Shown here in pieces: positions 46,451 to 59,686 of a stretch of 64,000 bases of DNA (the stretch's first letter is position 1; the number at the start of each line of letters is the position of its first letter). The stretch covers positions 2,276,866 through 2,340,865 of the forward strand of contig MU053379.1 of the NCBI GenBank assembly GCA_013239625.1, given 5' to 3'. The position numbers and the translations under genes are program-made. This DNA comes from Lama guanicoe (Eukaryota). The notes below the pieces were generated by a model that saw only the letters and a list, made by a program, of their open reading frames with translations, was not told the origin of the DNA and did no database searches.

Positions 46451-47984
46451 TAACTAACCAACACTTAGGGATTTATTTTAAGATTATTTAAAATCGTGAA
46501 AGTAGCACACCAAATTGTAATATCACCATGATTATTATTTAGGATAAGTTTAGGTATATTTGGTTTCAAGTGAATGAATTTTAAAAAGTAAATAAAAAAG
46601 AGTGCAATATTCCATTGCATATGGCAAAAATTAATGCAGGCAGACGTAGATTTACGAGGTACAGAGTAACACTCCAGTGTCACCAAGGCCCTTGCCTCGC
46701 CCCAGCCCTTCCGGGGGCCTGGGGGCATTTTGCATTAGTAACTTTGTATTCTTCCCCATAAAGGTCGCTCCCAAAATAGGATGAGCCTCAGGCAGCCTGA
46801 AGCCTGCATCTTCCCTGCCTGACTTGGACTTGGTAACAATTACAGAGCCTCTTAGAACCTCAGGAAGAGAGATTCTTGCAAGTTCTGGCTGTCAGGGACA
46901 CAGCAGGAGCCAAGAAGAAGAAAAATGGTCTTTAAGAGTTTTTAAAAAACGAACTCAAGACATTTGTTACAAAACCTCAAGTCCCTGGGTCCGTTTAAAG
47001 GCCGCACTCTTACACCGCCAGGGCCCCCGGGCTGGGCTGCCTGCCGGGCTCCGACGGGTCTCGGTGGGAGACCTGCTCTCGGTGACACTGGGAGGACGTA
47101 CCCCCCGGGGCAGGCCACGCCACTGGCTGGCTGGTCCGGGGGTGAAAGGCAGGCCGTGTCTCCAGTGGGACAAGCGTGGTTCCATTCACACTGCAGAGCC
47201 GCCCGGGGGTCCGGCCAAGGCTGGCCAGCACTGTGAACGCAGGCGCTCTGGGCTCTGTGTCCCTCCCCGTTCTGTTTCCCTCCCTCCCTCCCTACGATGC
47301 TCCCAATGAGCCATGTGCATCTGAAGCCCCAGCTTGGGCTCTGCTTCTGGGGGTCTGATCCAGGACTAAGCCCTTCCCAGCAGCCCCCTAAATGCCTGGA
47401 CAGCCTGTGCCTGACCTTCCCTGGCAATTGAGGGCGGTCCCTCCTGTTTGTAGGCATTGTTTGATGGGTCTTTCTTAGGCTCAGCCCCACAGGTTGCACC
47501 TATTTGTAAGAAGACAGCCCTCCTGCCCCATCCTACCCACATCCCTGTCTCCTCCGAGAAAGCCTTCCCAGGCCATCAGCTGATCCTCTCGTGGCCAGGA
47601 GTCTGCTCTCACTTGGTTTCTGCCCTCACCTCAGTCCAGCGTGGCAGACTGGGCACCCCCATCGGTGCCCACCAAACCCAGCCCTACGCTGTCACTGGGA
47701 GCTGAGGACTCACAGAGCAGGACTTGCCCCGGTGCGGAAACTGTTTCCCGGGAGCCCAGCACACATCAGTGACTCAGGCAACTCCATCCTCTTGCGCTGA
47801 GACCCGTTCAATCCAGGGTCGCTTTCCCGTGTGCTCCCTGGAGGCTGCACCTCCCCCGCAGTGCCCTTTGTACCTGCTCACGGGGCTTCACGTTTAATTC
47901 TACCAGATTGCATTTCATGAACCTGCTGCCTCAGCCGGTTGAGCTGCGTCTTGTGTCCCCGCTGTGTCATCTGGCCCCATTGTC

Positions 47985-48263
47985 CCAAAGCATGTTGCAG
48001 ACACCGCTGGAGGTGGCCCGGAAGGTTTCTAGGTGATGCTCAGATGAGCAGTTTTGATAGTTTTATTACACTGTCTATTTTAATTCTTACGAACTAAATT
48101 TCTAGTAGAAAGCTATAATTAGCACATCAGATACACAGCTTCTTTTTTCATAAATTTAAGTCTAAAATGGGTTAATTTAAAGCAAATCTGTAAATCCGTG
48201 TGGCGCACGGTGCTGGGAATGATGAAAGCAGTTTATGAATGACTGATGTTTAGGAAACACCAG
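47985..48263. mobile_element. hAT-Charlie MITE (MER113-like)
   Basis: Ends GAATGACTGATGTTTAGGAAACAC, with an AT-rich interior typical of the family. Confidence 0.55.
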
Positions 48264-48619
48264 GTGGAAGGTTTACCATTTCTCTCTGCTTTAAACCAGT
48301 TTTCAGCTTAACCTTAATGCAATCCTTAGTCTAGTTTAACTTTTTTTTCAGGCTTTATTTTATTAGTTTAGCTTTTTAATAAACATCCTGACCAGAATAG
48401 GCGTGGAAAGACACATGGGTCTGCTCTAACCTGATAGCAGTTGATCAGCCAGGGCTGTGTGTGTGGACGTTTAACCACTGTTTTGTCATCCTCTTCCGCA
48501 CGGTTTTCCACCTTGCTCAAAAAGTGTCATGATTTGTCAGCTCCTTTTTTGAAATCCAGATCCATGGCTAACAGGTTTTTGCTAATTTCCAACCCTAACA
48601 GCCCTGCAAAGACAGAGCC

Positions 48620-48665
48620 CATGTGGCTGAGCTGACATAGCTCGTGTGGCTGAGCTGACATAGCT
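48620..48665. repeat. 23-bp tandem duplication
   Basis: TGTGGCTGAGCTGACATAGCT at 48622 and 48645. Confidence 0.92.
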
Positions 48666-51092
48666 TGTCTTTGGAAATCCAGGCTGAGCCCTGGGGACGA
48701 GCGCTCTTGGCCAGAGACAGACCAATTTGCCAGTAACCCCAGCCACAGTCGCGTGCCAGCTGGCCCTGGAGCCCGCGCCTTCACAGGGAGGAGTCCACTG
48801 CCTTCTCTGGTTTTGAAACCAGGGGTCAGCTTCATCCACCAGCCTTGTCCTGGCTCCTCTTCAGTTCCCTGCGAATGCTTGGAGGGGGCCGCAGATAACC
48901 TCACGTGCGTTTCATTTTTAGTCGGAGCCTGGCCCACGAGTCTTTCCTGGTTGGGAGCTAGAGGCAGACGCCCCGACGCCCTCCCGCAGCTGCGCCGGGG
49001 CCGGCCTCCCCGCCCAGGGGCGCGCGCCGTCTTCCTGATTTGCTCGCGTCGCGAGTCCTAAACCCTCCAGTGGACAGGGTTGAGGAGGTCTGTTTTTCTT
49101 TTATTCAGTCAACTTGTCTTGTTCCAGAAACACCTTTAAAAAGCCCTTTTGTGGTTTTATCTGGCTGTATTTGCAGACACCCTTCCCTGGGTTCTAGGCG
49201 TGTAGACATTATTCACTCAGCTCTGGCTCACGATTCGGGGCTCATCTCTGCCCCGGGACCCCTTGTTCGCGTTTGTGTCCCCGCTGTGAGCTCACTGCAA
49301 CGGCGTCTGTGCAGACACAGGTGCTTGCTGGGGCTCGTCTGCCTCTTGGCTCATGACGTATTTGTGTCGTGGTGTCAGAACCCCATTTTCCAGAGCGTCT
49401 CGTCTGAACTGAGGAGGACGTTTTCTCAGCTCTCAGCTCAGATCTTCCTGCAGCCTCTGCTCATGAGCTGGAGGATCGGTGGTCTCAGCCGAACTAGATT
49501 TCTCCCTCCTGGCTGTCGTGAACCTGGGGGTGACAGGATCCCCCTCCGCCCCCGGCCCAGCCCCCTGCCCATCACTTCCACTTCTCCCCTCACTTCCTCT
49601 TTGTTAATTGGAATTAAGTCAAGAATAGCGCCCCTCCCACCGCTTTCCCAACCTTGTGAGGCTGAATCTGTCAGCGATTTGGGTTAGGGGCGTGTCATCT
49701 GCAGTTTTACCACAGCGATGCTAGGAGAACGTGTGTGCACAGCTGGATCCCCACCAGCTCTGTTTTTGAAGTTTCTTCCTGATTTCTGCAGCAGGAATGA
49801 TCACTCATTTCCTGCGTTTGGCAGTGGCGGTGGTGCCCTGCCACTGCTGCAGAGCTTTTCTCTTTCCATCTCCAGTATTTCCCGGCATGAAATCTGGTGT
49901 AGAGACGCATAGATGTATTTGTTCTTGACTTACGGAGACAGCTTACTCACTCTCCAGCACAAACAAACAACAGTCCGTTTCTCGTGAACAGAACACGATG
50001 GGGCGTGACTTCCCTGGTCATATTCTGATTGAGTCCCATCCCTTGTGGTCCTGCTGCCTCCTGTGAGCTTTCACTGAGTTGCATTTCCTCCATGGCCCCA
50101 GGCCCCTGTTGGCTTTTCCCTGACTCTGTTCTGGGTGGCAGTCGGACTGGCCCAACCAGCGACATTTTCTTCGGCTCCCTTTGACAACGGCTCCCGGCCA
50201 GGGTTGGCGGATGGGAGCACCGAAGGGGATTGTGGGTGGAAATAAGAGAAGAGTTCACCAGATCTGTGCCTCCACAAAATTACAGATTACCCGGGGTCAT
50301 CACTGCATCTGAGGATGGTGGGCACTTGAATGGAAATGACCCAGCATAGGATGAGAAGAAGCCTCAGGGAGACGTTTGAGAGGAGGGCACAGGCAGATAA
50401 ATTTACGACACGTGCCGGGGAGCGGCAAGAGTGAAGGGGCAGCAGCGGAGACCGAAGCTGTGGGTGTGCAGTGTGGATTAATCAGGTAGGACTGTGCACC
50501 AGGAGGCATCATGGATAAAGCAGAACAAATAAATTGGGTCCCAAATAGGTTGTGGCCCATTTTCCACTGTTGCAGGTGACGGGAGATGTACGGGTCAGGG
50601 TTTTTAGGTGCCTGCAGCTGCATCGCCCTGCCTGGCTTATGCAGGAAGGGACACTGAGGAAGATTTCTGAGAATCCTGGGGTGGGTCTGTCCTGAGCTCC
50701 CCAGGTGACTCCTGGAACGACACAACAGAATCAGCCTGCCAAGGCTCAGGAAGCTGGAAAATCGAGACCCCCTCCCCAGCTGCCACTCTGAGCCACACCT
50801 GCTCTGCACGGTCACGGGCCCCCCTCTTCCCTGCGTCCCCCCCGTTCCCAGTGCGGCGGCGCAGGAGCCCTTCTGCTCGGCAGAACATAAGCCCCACGGC
50901 TGAGTCCCAGCAGCACGAGGCCAGGAAATGAGGGTTTGGCTGTTTTACGTTTTCATTCTCTGTCGGAAAGGCGGGAATTCTCCTGCAAGACGTTATCATT
51001 GTGGGCATTGTGGTCAGGGGCCTGGGGCAGACACATACGACAGGTGTCCACTTCAGGAAGACACTTCCTTTTCTAAAGGAAGGGGTGGAGCG

Positions 51093-51434
51093 TGATGTCA
51101 GTCCATTCAAGCGGCTGTACCAGAATGCTGGGCCGGTGGGCAGCTTATAGACCACAGGAGTTCACCGCTCACAGTTCTGGGGCGGGAAGGGCGAGAGCAG
51201 GGGCCGGCGTGGTCGGGCGTGGGTCCTCCTGGCGGCAGGCTGCTCTTGTGTCCTCACGTGGTGGGAGGGACACGGGAGCTCTCTAAGGCCTCTTGTAGAA
51301 AGGCGCTGACCCCGTTCACGAGGGCTCGGCGCTCAGGACCTTATCCCTTCCCAGCGGCCCCGCCTCCTAACTCCATCACCTTGGGCGTGAGGTTTTTTGA
51401 ATTTTGGGAGGGACACAGATGCTCAGATATTGGA
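51093..51434 (-). mobile_element. MaLR LTR (MLT1A-like)
   Basis: AGTCCATTCAAGCGGCTGTACCAGAA...GCTCACAGTTCTGG...GTCCTCACGTGG...CCTCCTAACTCCATCACCTTGGG...GGGACACAGATGCTCAGA. Confidence 0.82.
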
Positions 51435-51974
51435 GATGAAGTTTTCCTTTTAACATATCATTTCAGTTGGGGCCCTTTGGTTTTTCAGGTAGGGCCAATC
51501 CTGATGGTTGTGTGTAAAGGTCTGTAACTGCCGGCCTCTTTAGCCGGCCTCTTGTTTTATTTTAACGTTATCTCAGTCCCAGTTAGCAGTTCATTAACTT
51601 TTACAGCAGGTCTCAAATCGTTTTTTGCTTACATGGCACGACCCTGAAATCCCTTCCTGGGCCCTCTCCCGCGGCGTTCTTGCGCAGTGCTTCAGAGCCC
51701 TCCTGGGCTGCGTGAGGAAGGCCTGCAACGGGACAGTCAGCCTTGAACCCGGGCCCTTTGCACAGTCGCTTCCTGCCGGCTGTAACATACCAGCCGGCCT
51801 CCATTACCGCCTCCTGCAGGCTGCTCACTCCCCGGGGCGCTAAGCGTGCTTCGGCTGGAACGGCCTGCTGCTGTGGAAGGCAGACTAGGAGCCTTTTATG
51901 ACTTTGTTTCAAAGATGAGGGTTAAGCCCGTCCAGTGCTGAAGATCATGTCAGTATAATTACCCTGATATTCTG

Positions 51975-52100
51975 AATTCATTGTTTATTCAGCAAACATT
52001 TATTGAACATGTACTATGAACTTGTATAGACAGGAGATGCTCCAGGGAGGATAAAAAAATATAAGAACTTCATTCTGCAAGTGTTACGGTAGATAGAACA
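51975..52100 (-). mobile_element. L2 3' end
   Basis: ATTCAGCAAACATTTATTGAACATGTACTATG. Confidence 0.65.
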
Positions 52101-52379
52101 CAGTAATACTTCATGTCATATCATCCCGACATAGATTTTTTTAAAATGTGTTCGTTGGCTCTGCTGTGCAGAGAACGTTCCCAGCAATGTCAATATAATA
52201 GAGCCGTCGACACAAGTCACTGTGTGCCTGGCCTCGTTCCAAGGGCCTCGCCTGTTTTGATACACTTCACACTGGTGTGGCCATGAGAACTGTGCCTTGC
52301 AGGTTTCCAACTAAAGGCGACGTGATTGACCGAAGGCCCAGCCATTGTGTTCTGTAATCTGTCACCAGATTTCCCAGCC

Positions 52380-52667
52380 GGTGACTGACCCTTGCAGGGA
52401 GACTAAGTCACGTCCATTCCTGAGAGACGGGGACACCCGTGACAGCCATCGCTGACTCCATGCCTCCCTGGGGACCGTCCCGGCCTTCCTCAGGCTGCAC
52501 AGTGTTCTAGGACGTTGCCTTCCTCCTGCACAGAGGCAAGGCCTGCCTCCCGGCCTGATGACTGTGCCCCCCCTCCCCGTCTCCCAGCACAGGCTTTCCC
52601 CTAATGCAGTCTTTGCACAGGTGGTCCTGTCTGGGTCCCTGCATCTCAGAGAACCGGGACTAACACA
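52380..52667 (+). mobile_element. Old ERVL-type LTR 3' part (LTR40/41-like)
   Basis: Ends TTTCCCCTAAT...CTTTGCAC...CTGCATCTCAGAGAACCGGGACTAACACA. Confidence 0.5.
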
Positions 52668-53382
52668 CGTCTGTCCTACGAGCAATGCTCTTATCTTCAT
52701 TTCACGAATGAGGAAGCTGGGGCACGGGGAAGCGCCTTGCAAAAGGTCACACAGTGGAGCTGGAGTTCTGACTTGTGTCCCTGCGTCCCCAAGAAGAAGA
52801 TGCTCTCAAGCAGGTCTCGAGTGTTAAAAGCTGGAAAGGCGCGTGGGGAGGTTGTAATGAACACTGATGGTGACAGTGCATACACGCGTGGCATGTTACC
52901 CGCCCCATCCAGTTTAATCCACACAACAGCTTTGTGGGTAGGTACTGTTACCTCCACCCACATCACACCCCTGCTAAAGGCAGAGCTGGATCCTTCCCGG
53001 TGACACTGCCTGGGGACTTAGGATTTGCTGCTGACACTGCCGCGGGGAGATCCGGTTTTAAGACCTGCTCCTTTAAGACCAAAGGCCAGGAGGAGAGCAG
53101 TGCCGAGGGACCCGCCGCTTTCCTGGCGTGGTTGTTCTGGGGCGGGTCGAGCTTGAGGAAAGATGCAGGCGTAGTGTATCAGGGTTGAGGGCCAGGCTGG
53201 GCTTTCATGGCGGTCCTGCTTAACTGGGGCGAGAACCTGGGGCCTGGGAGACATGGAGAAAGACTCGGGCAGCAAAGGCAGGACCAGGGACCAGCCAGGG
53301 ACCTCCTGATCATAGGTGCCCGTCATGGTTAGCCTGCATCGTACAGCGGCTGTCCTCCAGTCTGGGGCCAGCGCGCCAGCTG

Positions 53383-53770
53383 TGTGCTGCAGTTTCTGTG
53401 TTCTGATGTGCTGACTTCTGGGGGCTTGCTGGCCCTAGACTTAGTAACATCCTTGGATAGTAAACCAATAATCCAGTGAGAACACTGTTCAAACGCAAGC
53501 TGCCCAGTCCAGAGCCCATCTCACCGTGACCTCCTTTGTGGGCCCCTCCCACTGTGGACCACTGTCCTGCCCCGATCACCCCAGGGCCAGCTGTGAGACC
53601 ACCAGGAGACAGCCCTGTGTCCCAGAGCCCACTGAAGTTACTCAAACCAGCCCAACCTCAGCCTGCTTACCCTTCCTCGCCAGTATCTTACCCGTGGAAA
53701 CCACAGTCAAGGCTCTGGCTACAGTTTCCCCTCTCGCCCTGCCTCCCCATGTGGGTCCCTGTGGTGAGGA
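53383..53770 (+). mobile_element. MER74-like LTR
   Basis: TGTGTTCTGATG..., ATCACCCCAGGGCCAG, CCAGAGCCCACTGAAGTTACTCAAACCAGCC and CCCGTGGAAACCACAGTCAAGGCTCT follow the MER74 order. Confidence 0.75.
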
Positions 53771-54049
53771 ACTCCAGGGTTGGTCCTTACGCATCACTGC
53801 TCTGTGCTTGGGCACCATGCTGGGAGCCCTGGGTCGCCCGTCTGGCTGTCCAGGGTGACAGACAAGTCTCCTCCTCCTGCGCAGCCAGGGGGAGACCTAG
53901 GCTCCTCGCCAAGCACGTTCAGGACAGACTGTGGGTTGAAATGTGGCCACTTCGTAGTCCTGTGATGTCATCTCATGACGCCGTCATCCTGTGCAGTCTG
54001 TCCTGAGGTCTGCTGGGCAGAGTGGGTTAAAGAATAAACTGTTTCCCAC

Positions 54050-54190
54050 AGGAAACTGTGTGCAATGTCTTGTAATAAACTATAAAGGAAAAGAACCTGA
54101 AAAAATATATACGTATAACGGAATCACTTTGCTGTGCACCGGAAACTAACACAACGTTGTAAATCAACTCTACTTCAATGTCAAAGAAAG
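54050..54190 (+). mobile_element. Very short L1 3' end, artiodactyl-type
   Basis: GGAAAAGAACCTGAAAAAA...GAATCACTTTGCTGTGCACCGGAAACTAACACAACGTTGTAAATCAACT. Confidence 0.8.
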
Positions 54191-54652
54191 GAGTGAATGC
54201 ATTCCCAGCAGCACGGATGGACCTGGAGGGCGCTATGCTCAGCGAAGTAAGTCAGAGAAAGACAAGTGTTGTGTGATCTCATATGTGGAATCTAAAACAA
54301 AGCAAAACCCCAGCTCACAGACAGCAAACAGGTTGGTGGTTGCCAGGGGCTGGAGGAGGGGTGTGGGGAGTGGGTGAAGGAGTCAGGAGGCAGAGGCTTC
54401 CAGTTAATGAAATCAGTCCTGGGAAGTACCGTGCAGCATGGCAGCTACAGTTAATGATACTGTATTGCACGTGTGAAAATTGCCAGGAGGATGGATCTTG
54501 AAAGTGCTCATCACAAGAAAACAGTCTGTAACTCTGTGTGGTGATGGTTGTCAAGCAGGCGCACTGACCATTTTGCAGTGTGCACAAGTCCTGAATCCTT
54601 ATGTTGTGCAGCTGAAACTGTTGTCCTATATCAATTATACCTTAGTAAAAAA
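54191..54652 (+). mobile_element. L1MA/MB-like 3' end
   Basis: GGATGGACCTGGAGGGC...ATATGTGGAATCTAAAA...GGTGGTTGCCAGGGGCTGG...TCAATTATACCTTAGTAAAAAA. Confidence 0.82.
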
Positions 54653-56152
54653 GGTCACAGTGAATTCAACCATATGCACCCCCCCCAAAAAAAGTGAATT
54701 CATTTAATGCCCCCTCATGATAGCACTGAGCATAATAGATCTTCTCCCCTCCCTCCCCATTTCATCTGGGTAAATTCTCATTTCAGTTAAATAAAACTAG
54801 AGTGGCTCCCTAAGTGATTCTTTCCTCATAGCATCAGACCAAAACTAACAGGATTTATCCTCAACACTCAAATCAACAATTAAAAAATTACAGTACGAAT
54901 AGAGTTGTGTATTACCAGCTTGTTCTTCGGAAAAACTGAGCTAATTTAGTTTAATGTCATTCCTCACAGTCGTCTCCATATTTTAATTGGAATTACATTA
55001 AATCACTGTTGAAGAATACTCTTATCTGTAGTGTTTCTAGACTGCCAACAGGGAGACCGTGGTATCTCTCTCCATTATTTAAATCTCTCTTCATTTTTCC
55101 CATAGATGGTTCTTATGTTTATTGAATTCCACAATTCTTTCCTGTTTAATTTTTGTAGCTATTATGATGGGGGAAGACAGTGAGTTTCTATTCTGTTACT
55201 AAGGTTAAATAATGCAATTGCTATTTCACTTATAGGTAACATCCTGTAATTTCCCTGAACCTATTTCCAAAAAGAAATTTTTTGTTGGTTTTTGTGCAAC
55301 TTTAAGGTTTATACATCATATTGTTATAAAAACAATGACAATAGCAATGTATTAGAGTCTTATAACTGTGCAAGTGATAGATGCTCCTCTTAGAGGAATT
55401 GGAGGCTGTCAGCGGCATCAGCGTGGCCATCCTGCAATTTTTATCACTTCTTACTGCATGTCGTACGCAGGTACTTCCTTTAAAGCTTTATTTGTTCCCA
55501 TTTTACGAATGTGGAGACTGAGGCTCAGAGAGGTGACATAGATCTCTCACACATACACAGACACACACACAAGCACACGTATACACGTAAAATACGATCC
55601 TGGGTTTTTAACCCAGCACTGGCTGAGTTGAACACCTTTACATTTAATAGCAACAAAAAGGAAATACTTGAGAATGAATTTAACTTAATAAACATGGAGA
55701 ACTGTTCAAAGAAAATTAAAATACCTCTGGGGAAAATAAAGGCTCTGAGAAGTCAACAGGATTGAGCCTTGTCTCTTTCCTAATTTTGGCAGATTTCGTA
55801 AGTGAGAAACAGCCTTTTGTTGTCAGTTTCATTTGCATTTTTATTCCTGGGAAATTTCAGCATTTCACATTAAACCACATTATCTTTTCTGTCCTATGGT
55901 TTTCTTTCTTTTTTTTTTTTTTTCCTGTTCATAACTTCTGCTAATTTCACCAGTGGGAAATTTGAGTTCTTTACTGACTTGTTTGAATTCATTATATATG
56001 CGTATTATCTTTTGTCAGATTTTTAGCAAATGTTAAACCATTCTTTTACTTTGCCTTTTAATTGTGTTTATAATATGTGTTAATGTACAGGTATTTCAAT
56101 TATTTTTAAATATAATTAAGTTTATCAGTCTTTTCCTTTTTGAGTCTTTTTA

Positions 56153-56455
56153 AAAAATTGAAGTATAGTTGATTTACAGTGTGGTGTTAGTTTTAGGTGT
56201 ACAGCAAAGTGATTCAGCTATATCCATATATGTATACATAAAACCTATAATGGAAAAGAACCTGAAAAAGAATGGATATATATGTTGTTATAAGATATTA
56301 AATTATGGATTATACATTATAGGTTATTACAAGGTAAGTTTCCATGATAGGTCATTACAAGGTACTGAATACAGTTCCCTGTGCTGTGCAGTAGGACCTG
56401 TTGTTCATCTGTTTTGTATATAGTAATGTTTATATGTTTATCCCAGATTCTTAAC
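56153..56455 (-). mobile_element. L1 3' UTR, artiodactyl-type, internally rearranged
   Basis: TTGAAGTATAGTTGATTTACAGTG...CAGTTCCCTGTGCTGTGCAGTAGGACC, with an inverted internal segment. Confidence 0.85.
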
Positions 56456-56989
56456 TAGGAGTTTGATATATATATTTTTTTGGATCGGAGTGTGTGCTGA
56501 GAATGATCTCCCCTATCTAGAGATGAGATGGGTGTTTGCCTATATTTTCATCTAGTTTTATTTAATTCTATAATATATCTGAAATGTATTTTTATTGGGG
56601 GGGTGCAAAAAAAAGCACTTTATTTAGGAGGCTAACACAATCACTTCATAAAAATCAGGTCTTTTTTTTTTTCTATTTTACTCAAAAAATCTTCAGAGAT
56701 TTTAGCTTGAAAATAAAATCACAACTTCTCTCATTTGGGAGGCTGTTTTGTTCTTCCTTGAACATGAAGCTGCTTTTGTTAGTTACCTTCTAAGTAATTT
56801 TTAAGCAGATTCTGCATCGTCAGTCTGAGGCTGGTCTTACACTGCACGGGGTAAGACGTGAGATGACGTGGCGTTTGCTCTGTGTCCTGAGGAACAGAGG
56901 TCTGCTCTGGAGGAAAACGCTAGATGCTATGGTTGATTAACTAGGTTACTCAACCAACTTTAATAAGACTGTCACTTTCTTTTACTTTT

Positions 56990-58090
56990 TAAAAATTGAG
57001 ATATGATTCATATACCATAAAATTCACTCTTTCAAAGCATACGATTCCGTAGTCTTCAGTATATACACAAAGTTTTGCAACCGCTGCCTAATCCCAGAAC
57101 ACGTCCAACACCCTAAAGAGAAACCCCATAACCATTCACAGTCACTCCCCGGTCCGCCTTCCTCCCAGCCACTGGCAACCGTTAATTTCCTATCTTTTTC
57201 CATGGATTTGGCTACTCTGGACATTTTGTATAAATGGAAGCATATAATATGGGACCTTTCATGTCTGTCTTCTTTTCCTTAGCATAACATTTTCAAGGTT
57301 CATTGGTGTAGCATGTGTCAGTACTTCATTCTTTTTTGTAGCTAAGTAATATTTCAGTGCATGGATGCACCACATTATATGTATCCATCCATCAGCTGAC
57401 GGACATTTCAGTTTCTTCCACTTTGGGGCTGCTATGAACAATGCTGGCATGTAGATTCACCTGTAAGGTTTTGTGTGGATATGCACGCAGGGTCTTCATT
57501 TCTCTGGGGTGTGCCGGGGTGTAGAATCGATGGATCACAGGGTAACTCTTTAACTTTTTGAGGGACTGCTGAGCTGTTTAGTAGCTGCACCAGTTTACAA
57601 CCCCACCAGCAACGTGAGGGCTCCAACTCCTTCACATCCTGACCAACAACTGTTACTATCCGTCTTTTTGATGATAGCCGCCCCAGTGTGTGTGACGTGA
57701 TGTCTCACTGTGTACTGACTTGCATTTCCCTGATGGCTAATGACACTGGACATCTTTTCATGTGCTTATCGGCCATTCGCATGTCTTTGGAGAAATGCCT
57801 ATTCAGGTCCTTTCCCCACTTTTTCATTGAGTCATTTCTCTCTTTATCGCTGTAAGAACTGTACAAGTTCTTTTTTTGTGCAAATTCTGGATACCAGTCC
57901 ATTATTGGATATAGAATTTGTATTGTAGCTTCGTAGTAAGTTTTGAAACTAGGACATTTCGAATTCAAAGTTGAGTCTCCAACTTTGTTCTCTCCAAGAT
58001 CGCGTTGGCCATTCTGCATCTGTTCCACTTTAGGATCAGCTGGTCGGTTTCTGCAAAAAGGGCTTTGAAAGGGATCATGTTGAATATGTA
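56990..58090 (-). mobile_element. L1MB-like fragment (3' UTR plus ORF2 end, internal deletion)
   Basis: Minus-strand translations ALFIAAPKWKKLKCPSADGWI and KKWGKDLNRHFSKDMRMADKHMKRCPVSLAIREMQ match L1 ORF2. Confidence 0.9.
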
Positions 58091-59506
58091 GATGAGTTGT
58101 GCTGGCTGTTCCATTCACATCTCTTTCTTGTCATAACGGGAAATCACAGTTGCAAATGTGGTGCCATCTAAACCAATGGCCTGGGTGAGTCCGTTGAGGA
58201 TGTGTGGCACTGTTTGTGGCCCGGGGGACTGGATGACCTGGCAGGTTTCAGCACCCACCTGCCAGCGCCTGTTTCTCTAACGTGGGATGTGGCTCCGGGT
58301 GCAGGGCTGGTGCCGGGGGTGCCCCCCCACCCCATCCCCTGGATCCCTGCAGACCTCACCCGGGCCTCCTCTGCTTCCTGTAACTCCTGCCAGTGGCCCG
58401 AGAGCACACACTGCTCAGCTCGGCAGGCCTCTGCAACCATTTTTAACCTGTACCTGCGTGGGCTGACCTGCAGGGCTCTAGCAGGAAGTGTGGGGTGAAA
58501 GTTTTCTCAGTAGACGGGCCCCGACCTGTGCTGCCTCCTTGATGTGCCCCATGTTTGTCCTCCCGCCTGGTCTGCCTTGGCCTCTGGCTCGCCACCACGC
58601 GGTCTCCAGGGGAGCTGTGGGCTGGAGCCGCCCCAGTGCCGCCCCCATGCCTGTGAAGGAAGTGAAGCAGAGGCGGGGTGGAGGGGGTCCCTTGTGTGGC
58701 AGCAAAGACGACTTGCTCTGTCCGCTTCCTGGAGCTCATCCGTCTCAGCCTCCCAGCTGCTCTCTGAAGTGGGACCGACTGCCTGCCCTTTACAGATGAG
58801 GAAATGGAAACTCAGGGAGGTTCCGCCACCGCCCACCCCAAGTCACAAAACCAGCTCCACGACCTAGCCAGGCCTGTCTGCTGGCCCCAGTGCATTTCCT
58901 CTGCCCACGTCCGCCCAGCGACTCAGAGTCGGCTGTGTCCTGAGGCTTGCTGGTCTCTGGTCTCCTCCCAGCCTGCCCTGGCGGCTCCAGTTCCACCCCC
59001 AGCCCCGGCTGACCTGCTGGGCTGTCTTCTCTCACCTCCGGACCCCATCCTCCTGCCCCTCCCCGCTTCCAGGGTGATGCGGTCGGCAGGTGTTCCCCTG
59101 TCCGGTCATCCTCTGAATTAACCACGTGTTATTACAGAGAGCACGTACCTTTCTTTCATTGAGGAGACGAAAACACTAAAAGCCAGTTTGTCAGTACCAG
59201 CCATTTCAACCTCTGATTCCATACACAGAGGGACGGAAACTCAGAGAGAACCTGCCTGGCCCAGGGTCACACCAGTGGAACGGGCCAAGTCCAGCCGCCC
59301 TGCCTTGGAGGAGGGTGCCTGCTGTCGCACTTGCTGGGGCGGGAGCTCGGGGTGTGTTGTCTGCCTGCTCCTCACGAGGCGCCTGAGTTCCCCTTACGCG
59401 ACATGGAGCAGGCATTGTCTAGGGAGATGCAAACTGAAATGAAGAAACACTCCTGTTTTGTTTTGTTTTTGACACACAAATCCACATCATCATTCTCTTT
59501 CCACAG

Positions 59507-59686
59507 GGAGCCCCTCCCCACAGTTTGCAGGAATGTTTCACAGTTGTTGACACGGCCCTTTCACGGCTAAGCCTCCGTGCCCCCGAGTCCACCCCACAAG
59601 CACTTCTGATAATTAAGGAGGTGTCTGCACACATCCAGCCACACCTGAACTGGTGGGGGAGCATCTCCATCCAGGATGGGATGCAG
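59507..59686 (+). other. Possible cassette exon (180 nt, open in phase 0)
   Basis: Acceptor CATTCTCTTTCCACAG|, donor CAG|GTGACG. The frame GAPPHSLQECF...SIQDGMQ has no stop. No recognisable homology. Confidence 0.25.
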
